A stretch of 62,978 nucleotides of DNA, counting the filler, from an uncultured Synergistales bacterium (GTDB lineage: Bacteria > Synergistota > Synergistia > Synergistales > Aminobacteriaceae), in NCBI GenBank assembly GCA_937897575.1. It is 6 parts of 6 records of this genome, joined end to end, with 100 filler letters (N's around TTAATTAATTAA, not from the genome) between each part and the next. Parts side by side here need not be neighbours in the genome. Positions count along the whole stretch, not along the records: positions 56,667 to 60,408 come from CALCQG010000062.1; positions 60,509 to 62,978 come from CALCQG010000066.1; 4 more parts are not named here. One strand, given 5' to 3'. The notes beneath the pieces were generated by a model. That model had not been told where the DNA came from, did not search any database, and worked only from the letters and a program-made list of their open reading frames with translations. A program made the translations under genes and the position numbers. Shown here one piece after another: positions 56,712 through 62,978 of this stretch; the first letter of the stretch is position 1, and the number at the start of each line of letters is the position of its first letter.

Positions 56712-57793
56712 GAGACGTAGGCCTCGTTCAGGGTGTCCCGCTCCCTGGCAAGCCGCGCCTGTTGAGTGGCCGTCTCCGCCTGCTTGACTCTGAGCGTCTG
56801 GTACTCCTCCTCCAGCTGACCGATCCTGTCTTGAAGGTAGGCAACAGATGCCCTGAGTCCGGCCGCCTCACTCTCTTTTTCCTGCAGTTTGGACACGACC
56901 TCCTCGTACAGGGGATTCAGCATCTCTGATTTGATGTCGAGATTCTCCGCCTTGGCGGCCATCTCCGGCCGGCTGACCAGAGCGCCCCACAGCGCGTCGT
57001 CGCTCATCCCCTTGTTCAGGGCAACCCGTTCCGGCTGAGCAGCGCGCAGTGCCCTGAGCGTCGCGACCTCCGCATCGATCGCGATGAGAGCCGCAGATTT
57101 CAACGAGTGCTCCTGCAGGGCGATGCCGTAATACTTTTGCAGAGTCTCCAGTTTTGTGTCGAACAAGCCGGTGGGATTATCCTTCTTGAAGGCGGTCAGG
57201 TTATCCTCCGCTTTGGCGAGGTCGCCTCCAGTGACTCTGAACGCCTCGGTGACATACTCCAATGACTGAGCGGTGCGGTTGGCGAGAAGCTGGGTATTTC
57301 TTTCGATGAAGGCCTTGCTCCACGCGGAGAGTAAAGTGGACAGCTTCTCGGGCTCGCTTCCCCTCAGCGATACGGAAAGGGTGAGGGCCTGGGAGGCGCT
57401 CCCTCGATCCTCGGAGGATTTGTTCACCGAGGTCTTGAGGGTGTTCAGCACATCCTCAATGGAGGGCTGTTCACCCGAAGGGTAGGCCGCACTCACAGCC
57501 TGCTGGATGATGTCCCGCGCCCGGGCGAGCTCTGTGTAGATGTCCGGCGCGAAGACCGAGGGGCTGTTTTCCTTCTGGTCTCCGGTCATCTCTGTGGATA
57601 TGGGCGGAAGGATGAGGAGGGTCGTTCGGGCTTCGTACTGTCGCGGGGCGAGCAGCGCATAGGCCAGCCCGATCGCGACGAAAAGAGCGGCGACGAGCAG
57701 AATGGTCTTTTTTCTGCGCCAGAGGGCTTCGACGAGTTCAAACAGGTCGATTTCGTCCTCTTCGCAGGAATATATTGTGGGGTTCTGGGTCAT
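56712..57793 (-). CDS. wzz: Wzz/polysaccharide co-polymerase (chain length determinant), 3'-truncated
   Basis: EDEIDLFELVEALWRRK, TM, PRQYEA, long coiled coil; extended -10 TGgTATAAT on the minus strand at 57851-57859. Confidence 0.85.
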
Positions 57794-57955
57794 CCAAAAA
57801 CTCCTCCTCTTGGAGATATGCCGTCTTTGAAATGCGGCCACATACAAAAAATTATACCATCGCATGCCGGTTGCGGGAACCGGATGTACTCTTTCCTGCA
57901 AAAAAGCGGCCAAGAGTTTCAAAACGCCATGTAACCGCCTGTGTGAGATTTTTGG

Positions 57956-57984
57956 TTGCATTATGATATCTATTTGTATATATT
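57956..57984 (+). promoter_or_regulatory. Probable sigma-70 promoter of the DUF1659 cassette
   Basis: TTGCAT-17nt-TATATT in an AT-rich divergent intergenic region. Confidence 0.55.
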
Positions 57985-58057
57985 ACGAGTCGAGAGCACT
58001 CTTATTGGTGACTCGGTTATACCGGGTCCATCTTACAACCCAGGAGGTCTCAAGACA

Positions 58058-58279
58058 ATGGCAGTCTATTCGCCCCTCAAAAGTTCCGTGGTCCTGCGGC
58101 TCAACGCCGGAACGGACCTGAACGGCAAGATGATCGTCCGGTCGGTGACCATGGCCCGTATTCGCCCCTCCGTGGACGCGACCACGCTGAAGGCGTCCAC
58201 CGACGCCATTGCTCCGCTGCTCGCCTACCCCGTGATCGCGGTGGAGAAAGTCGGCACCGATACTCTGGAAGCCGCCTAG
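58058..58279 (+). CDS. DUF1659-like small protein
   Basis: RBS AGGAGG; SVVLRLNAGTDLNGKMIVRSVT..IRP pattern recognised from the family. Confidence 0.75.
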   Translation: MAVYSPLKSSVVLRLNAGTDLNGKMIVRSVTMARIRPSVDATTLKASTDAIAPLLAYPVIAVEKVGTDTLEAA

Positions 58280-58298
58280 GAAAGGAGGATGACGACGG

Positions 58299-58499
58299 AT
58301 GAAGACCCTTCGGATGAAATTTCGGACAGACCTGGGGAATGACTACACTGTCTCCCTGAGCTACGCGAAGGACGGCCTCACGGCCGCCGAGGTGGAGAGC
58401 GCCATGCAGGCGCTGCTCGACGGCGACATCTTCGACGCCCCCTTCGACACTGCCATCGGCGCCGAGATCGTGGAGCGCACGGTCACCGAGATCCTGTAG
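58299..58499 (+). CDS. DUF2922-like small protein
   Basis: RBS AAGGAGG; MKTLRMKF..SLSYAKDGLT..V..AM..IF..AEIVER pattern. Confidence 0.8.
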   Translation: MKTLRMKFRTDLGNDYTVSLSYAKDGLTAAEVESAMQALLDGDIFDAPFDTAIGAEIVERTVTEIL

Positions 58500-58514
58500 G
58501 CACCGTTTTTCCGG

Positions 58515-58542
58515 AAGGGAGGGGGCCGCCCCCTCCCTTTTT
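58515..58542 (+). terminator. Intrinsic terminator after the DUF2922-like gene
   Basis: AAGGGAGGGGG-CCG-CCCCCTCCCTT followed by TTT. Confidence 0.75.
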
Positions 58543-58564
58543 CTGCACGAAAGGAGGCACAACG

Positions 58565-58729
58565 ATGGAGGAACTCGTGACGGTCGTGATGCAGAACGGT
58601 TTTTCCGTAGCCGTGGCGGCCTATCTGCTCGTCCGGATGGAGAGCAGGCTGGAGGAGCTGTCGAAGGCCATCCGGGATCTGCACGGCGCGATCCTGGCCA
58701 CGCATCCGGCGGGCCCGGGACAGCCGTAG
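58565..58729 (+). CDS. YvrJ-family small membrane protein (54 aa; absent from the ORF track)
   Basis: RBS AAGGAGG; MEELVTVVMQNGFSVAVAAYLLVRMESRLEELSKAI matches the GFxxxVAxYLLxRxExxL YvrJ pattern. Confidence 0.82.
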   Translation: MEELVTVVMQNGFSVAVAAYLLVRMESRLEELSKAIRDLHGAILATHPAGPGQP

Positions 58730-58815
58730 CGTGTTGTTTTCAGGCCCCTTGGTGCCGCTCGGCCGAGTCGCGCCAAGGGGCGTTCTTTCAACAGAATGAC
58801 AAGGTGGTGATAACG

Positions 58816-59163
58816 ATGACGAACCAACTGAACGACATTCCCCTCACGGAGCACTTCCGCCTTCGGGAGTTCGAGTGCCGGTGCTGCCACAGGGTCAGGC
58901 TCTCTCCGAAGCTGCTCTTCTGCCTCGAGGCCTTCCGGACGCTCTGGGGCAAACCCGTGATCCTGTCGAGCGGCTACCGGTGCGAGGCGCACAACAGGGC
59001 CGTGGGCGGGAGCCCACGCAGCCTTCACATGACGGGGCAGGCTGCGGACATCCTGGTCTCCTTCGCCGAGCAGCCCGCGGCCGAGCTCTTGGCTGCAAAG
59101 GCCGGGTTCAGCGGTGTCCTCTCCTACGGACGGAGGAACTTCATGCACCTCTCGGTGGGATGA
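58816..59163 (+). CDS. Peptidase M15A-family Zn metallopeptidase, no signal peptide
   Basis: HFRLREFEC, SSGYRC..HN..VGG..SLH..GQAADI, FMHL. Confidence 0.88.
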   Translation: MTNQLNDIPLTEHFRLREFECRCCHRVRLSPKLLFCLEAFRTLWGKPVILSSGYRCEAHNRAVGGSPRSLHMTGQAADILVSFAEQPAAELLAAKAGFSGVLSYGRRNFMHLSVG

Positions 59164-59666
59164 TCATGGACAACAGGGCGAAAAATCAGGGCAGCACGAT
59201 GGAGGAGGACCTGCAGAAATTCTATCCCCTGGTGGCGGCCACGGCCAAGCGTTATGCTGGGCGGGGCGCCGAGTTCGACGACCTGGTGCAGGAGGGGTAT
59301 GTCGTGCTCCTTCGCCTGATCCCGAGGTGCCCCGACCGCACCAGGCTGGCCGACTTCCTCAAGAAACGCCTCCCGAGTCTGGTTCGGACGGCCGCGAAGA
59401 GGACGTGGCGGAACAACGGGACGGTCCCTCTGGATGAACTGGAGACCACGGGGAAGGAGCCGTCCGCCGCGGTCCGGGAGAACCTTTGGGAGTACATCCC
59501 CGAGGACAGGTTGACGAGCGACGAGCGTCGCCTCGTCCTGATGCTGACCAACGGCCTCGGCCAAAAGGAGGCGGCGGCTTATTTCGGTATCACGCAACAG
59601 GCGGTGAGTGCCCGGGTCCGGGCGCTGCGACGAAAACTCGCCTTTCTCAGAGCGACGACGCTGTAA
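59160..59666 (+). CDS. Small sigma-70 family sigma factor (regions 2 and 4 only)
   Basis: ATGA overlap with the M15 stop; RYAGRGAEFDDLVQEG region 2; QKEAAAYFGITQQAVS HTH. Confidence 0.85.
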   Translation: MIMDNRAKNQGSTMEEDLQKFYPLVAATAKRYAGRGAEFDDLVQEGYVVLLRLIPRCPDRTRLADFLKKRLPSLVRTAAKRTWRNNGTVPLDELETTGKEPSAAVRENLWEYIPEDRLTSDERRLVLMLTNGLGQKEAAAYFGITQQAVSARVRALRRKLAFLRATTL

Positions 59667-59692
59667 TCCGATATTCTCAAGAAGACCATTCC

Positions 59693-59719
59693 AGGCGGGC
59701 CGAAGGGTCCGCCTTTTTT
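59693..59719 (+). terminator. Intrinsic terminator closing the cassette
   Basis: AGGCGGGCC-GAAG-GGTCCGCCT followed by a T-tract. Confidence 0.8.
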
Positions 59720-59739
59720 GTGCTGTCAGCTGGAATCCG

Positions 59740-60408
59740 TCACCGGGCGTAGTCGTCGTCCAGGCGGACGATGTCGTCCTCTCTGAGGCGGGCGCCGATC
59801 TGGGTCTCGATGATCTCCAGCGGCCCCTCTTCCCGGTTTTCGAGCCGGTGCTGGGCGCCCATGGGGATGGAGACGCTCTCCCCCTCGCCCAAGGAAAAGG
59901 TTTGGCCGTCGAGGGAGACGGTGCCCCGGCCCCGGACCACGATCCAGTGTTCGCTGCGGTGATGGTGATACTGGAGACTGAGCCTCTTTCCGGGCTCGAT
60001 CACGAGGTACTTCGCTCGGAAGCCGTTCCCGGAGAAGAGCATGCGAAAACGACCCCAGGGCCGGACGGTCTCCACGGGCTCGACGGCCTCCCTTCGCCCC
60101 TGTTCCTTCAGGAGCTCCACGGCCTCCCGCACCCTGTGGGAGCTGCCCCTGGGTGCCACGAGCAGGGCATCGCCTCCGTCCACCACGAGCATATCCTGAA
60201 GGTCGATGCCCACGACGAGGCGATCGGGGGAGAAGAACAGGCTGTCCTTCGAGTTCACCGTCAGGACGTCGCCCGCGAGGACGTTCCCATCATCGTCCTT
60301 GTCCCATCGGTTGTAGAGGGCGTCCCATGAACCCACGTCGGACCAGCCTGCGTCCAGCTCCACCATGGCGGCGCCGGAGGTCTTCTCCATGACGGCATTA
60401 TCGATGGA
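59740..60408 (-). CDS. manC: Mannose-1-phosphate guanylyltransferase / mannose-6-phosphate isomerase (5'-truncated)
   Basis: SIDNAVMEK, GWSDVGSW, RPWG, LSLQYHHHRSEHW, HRLEN, EDDIVRL. Confidence 0.92.
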   Translation of the reverse strand, partial: SIDNAVMEKTSGAAMVELDAGWSDVGSWDALYNRWDKDDDGNVLAGDVLTVNSKDSLFFSPDRLVVGIDLQDMLVVDGGDALLVAPRGSSHRVREAVELLKEQGRREAVEPVETVRPWGRFRMLFSGNGFRAKYLVIEPGKRLSLQYHHHRSEHWIVVRGRGTVSLDGQTFSLGEGESVSIPMGAQHRLENREEGPLEIIETQIGARLREDDIVRLDDDYAR

Positions 60409-60508
60409 NNNNNNNNNNNNNNNNNNNNNNNNNNNNNNNNNNNNNNNNNNNNTTAATTAATTAANNNNNNNNNNNNNNNNNNNNNNNNNNNNNNNNNNNN
60501 NNNNNNNN
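60409..60508. other. Artificial contig linker
   Basis: N44-TTAATTAATTAA-N44. Confidence 0.98.
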
Positions 60509-60536
60509 CTGGACACGGTCATCGAGTGGGTTATCC

Positions 60537-61025
60537 CGCCGCAGCGCCAGGATAACCCACTCGATGACCGTGTCCAGAGGCATGGGAATCATCTCGGCGC
60601 CCCGGACGATGAGGTCTCTGTCCACTCCTCGCGCGAAGGCCTTGTCCTTCCATTTCTTCTTCACGGACTTCACCTCGAGGTCCTGGACCGACCGGCTGGG
60701 ACGGACGAGGGCCGCCGTGATAACGAGCCCCGTGAGCTCGTCCACGGTGAAGAGGACCTTCTCCAGGTCGCTCTCGGGTTTGACGTCGCTGCATATGCTC
60801 CAGCCGTGCGTCTGAATGGCCCTCGATATCTCCGTGGGGTACCCCTCTTCGGCCACCCACTTCGCCCCTTCGTGCGTATGCCATGCTCCACAGCGCCACA
60901 TCGCCGCCCATCTTCTCGGCGAAGAAGGCCATAGTAGCCTCCACGGCCAGGGCGTGCTTGATGTGTCCATCGTCTTTATTGTACTTCTTCAGCAGTTCGA
61001 GCGCTTCCTCTCTGGTGTGATCCAT
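60537..61025 (-). pseudogene. HDIG/HD-domain hydrolase with an internal deletion and frameshift near 60880
   Basis: TREEALELL..KHALAVEA..W in one frame and HTHEG..IQTH..VDELTGL..ALVRP..KAFARGVDR in another; the HD motif segment is missing. Confidence 0.7.
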
Positions 61026-61059
61026 GGACGTTCTCCTCCTTTTATTTATCGTTTCAGTT

Positions 61060-61572
61060 TCATCTCGCCGCCGTCGGCCGGAAGATATCCTCGAGAAGAG
61101 GTGCGACGGAGGCGAAGACGGTCTCGGGCAGCCGGTCCACGACGACGGATGCCTCGGCCCGCAGCTGGTGGGCAAGAGGGTCCGGGTAGGGGTGCACGAA
61201 GACGATCCGGCGAATCCCCGCATTGATGATGGCCTTCGTGCAGAAGGAGCAGGGTTCGTGCGTGCAGTAGATCGTCCCGCCTGCGGTGCTCGTCCCGACG
61301 GACGCCGCCTGGGCGATGGCGTTCATCTCGGCGTGGGAACCGCGGCATATCTCGTGCCGCTCCCCCGAGGGGATGTTGAGGACTTGCCTCAGGCAGCCCA
61401 CCTCTCCGCAGTGGGGCAACCCCTTGGGCGAGCCGTTGTACCCCGTGCTGATGATCTGGCTGTCCCGGACGATGACGGCCCCCACCCGTCTTCGCAGGCA
61501 GGTGCTCCGCGACGCCGCCACCCCGGCGATCATCATGAAATAGGTGTCCCAATCAGGCCGCTGAAGTTCCAT
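61060..61572 (-). CDS. dCMP deaminase (ComEB-like)
   Basis: RPDWDTYFM, RSTCLRRRVGA, TGYNG, HAEMNA, PCSFC. Confidence 0.93.
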   Translation of the reverse strand: MELQRPDWDTYFMMIAGVAASRSTCLRRRVGAVIVRDSQIISTGYNGSPKGLPHCGEVGCLRQVLNIPSGERHEICRGSHAEMNAIAQAASVGTSTAGGTIYCTHEPCSFCTKAIINAGIRRIVFVHPYPDPLAHQLRAEASVVVDRLPETVFASVAPLLEDIFRPTAAR

Positions 61573-61730
61573 TGTGTCTCCCCCCCTGAAATTACATTGG
61601 TGTTGATTATAACACCCACCGTCCTGTGTACGGAGGAAGCATGGGACACCACGAGGGCTGAAAATGTGATACCCTTAGCAGAGGTCGGCCGCGACGGGGC
61701 AGGATCGATTTCACAGGAAAGGAACGACCT

Positions 61731-62969
61731 ATGTCTTTTCTTCGGATATCCGACAGGAAAGTCCTCTCATGGTGTCTCTACGACGTGGGAAATTCAGGCT
61801 TTGCGACGACGGTCATGGCCGCCGTCTACCCCGTGTACTTCCGGGAAGTGGCCGCCCAGGGGCTCGCCCCGAACCTTCCTGCGGCCTATTGGGGCTATGC
61901 CTCGGCCATCGCCCTTCTCGCCAGCGCCTTTTTCACCCCCATACTGGGCGCCATGGCCGATATGCGGGGCTCGAAAAAACAGTTCCTGTTCCTCTTCACC
62001 ACCGTCGGCGTCCTGTGCACGGCGGCCATGGCCGCCGTCGGCCCGGGAGACTGGTTCTCCGCCCTGCTCTTCATGATCGGCGGTACCATCGGCTTCTCTG
62101 GCGCCATCGTATTCTACGACGCGCTGCTGCCGTCCCTCGTGCCGGCAGACAGGATCGACACCGTCTCGTCTCAGGGCTTCGCCCTCGGCTACCTCGGCGG
62201 GGGGATGCTGCTCGCCGTCAACCTGCTCATGATCCAGCTTCTCCCCGGCACGCTGGGCGCCCGCCTTTCGTTTCTCTCCGTCGCGCTCTGGTGGACCCTC
62301 TTCTCTCTGCCCATCCTCTTTGCCGTCGACGAACCACCCTCCCAGCCCCGGCCCGATGACCGCGCGGGGCCCCTTTTCTCAGAGGCCCTCCGGCGACTCG
62401 CATCGACCTTCAGAGACATCCGGAGCTATCGGGACCTCTTCGTCTTTCTCCTCGCCTTTTGGTTCTACAACGACGGCATTGGGACCATCATCCGGATGGC
62501 GGCGATCTACGGCTCCTCCCTCGGGATCTCCATGTCCCAGCTCGTGGGGGCACTCCTCGCCACGCAGTTCGTCGCCTTCCCATTCTCTCTCGCGTTCGGC
62601 GCCATGGCGGGGCGCGTCGGCAGCAAGCGGGCGATCCTCATCGGCCTCTCCTTTTATATCGTCATCACCTTCGCATCGCTCTTCGTATCCAGGGCATGGC
62701 ACTTTTGGGTGCTCGCCGCGGCGGTGGGCATGGTGCAGGGGGGCGTTCAGGCGATCAGCAGGGGCTTCTTCGCCTCCATGATCCCCAAAGGACGGGAGGC
62801 GGAGTTCTTCGGGTTCTACGACATATCGAGCAAATTCTCGGGCATCGTGGGCCCCTTCGTCTTCGGGTTCGTCACGCAGATCCTCGGTTCGAGCCGCATC
62901 GCCATCGCCATCCTGTCCTATACGTTCATCCTGGGCATCGTCATTCTCAGGAGGGTCAGAAAGGAATAA
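61731..62969 (+). CDS. MFS transporter (UMF1/Atg22-like family)
   Basis: SWCLYDVGNSGF, FYDALLP, GFALGYLGG, FYNDG, EFFGFY; about 12 TM helices. Confidence 0.88.
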   Translation: MSFLRISDRKVLSWCLYDVGNSGFATTVMAAVYPVYFREVAAQGLAPNLPAAYWGYASAIALLASAFFTPILGAMADMRGSKKQFLFLFTTVGVLCTAAMAAVGPGDWFSALLFMIGGTIGFSGAIVFYDALLPSLVPADRIDTVSSQGFALGYLGGGMLLAVNLLMIQLLPGTLGARLSFLSVALWWTLFSLPILFAVDEPPSQPRPDDRAGPLFSEALRRLASTFRDIRSYRDLFVFLLAFWFYNDGIGTIIRMAAIYGSSLGISMSQLVGALLATQFVAFPFSLAFGAMAGRVGSKRAILIGLSFYIVITFASLFVSRAWHFWVLAAAVGMVQGGVQAISRGFFASMIPKGREAEFFGFYDISSKFSGIVGPFVFGFVTQILGSSRIAIAILSYTFILGIVILRRVRKE

Positions 62970-62978
62970 CCTAGATAG

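Noticed and set aside
57956..59719. Prophage
   Set aside because: No integrase, terminase, capsid, tail or att-like repeats; only ~1.8 kb with intact expression signals

Overview
High-GC bacterial draft-genome window. It is built from six contigs joined by 100-nt artificial linkers (N44-TTAATTAATTAA-N44 at 23949, 34344, 45838, 56567 and 60409), so adjacency across gaps is not guaranteed. The gene content points to a diderm anaerobe with Firmicute-like gene order: secretin and Wzz alongside the phoH-pgpH-ybeY-cdd-era-recO-glyQS-ppdK and gerM-rph-rdgB blocks. A Synergistota/Synergistaceae member is plausible (inference). Contents in order: rsmB-PASTA-rpe-rodZ-rimO-pgpA-cinA-thpR-recA; a near-complete type IVa pilus locus (pilB, pilC, major pilin, three minor pilins, PilY1, pilMNOPQ); efp; mfd, mazG and a carboxyltransferase; the phoH...ppdK operon; PBP1A; the first ~50 nt of a 16S rRNA gene; a degenerate DeoC paralog; a housekeeping run (yfcE, PHP, ltaE, pmbA, amidase, GerMN, rph, rdgB, secG, pncB); and part of a surface-polysaccharide locus (wzz, manC). 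The most interesting element is a compact five-gene cassette lying in the opposite orientation between wzz and manC. It comprises DUF1659-like, DUF2922-like, YvrJ-like single-TM, signal-less M15 peptidoglycan peptidase and small sigma-70 genes, and resembles a self-regulated holin/hydrolase export or lysis module. Several translational oddities are also visible: a CTT-TAA +1 junction between rph and a start-less rdgB, an in-frame TAG in the PPDK regulator, a stop-less cinA and a probable ATA start for secG. Some of these may be consensus errors in a low-coverage assembly.
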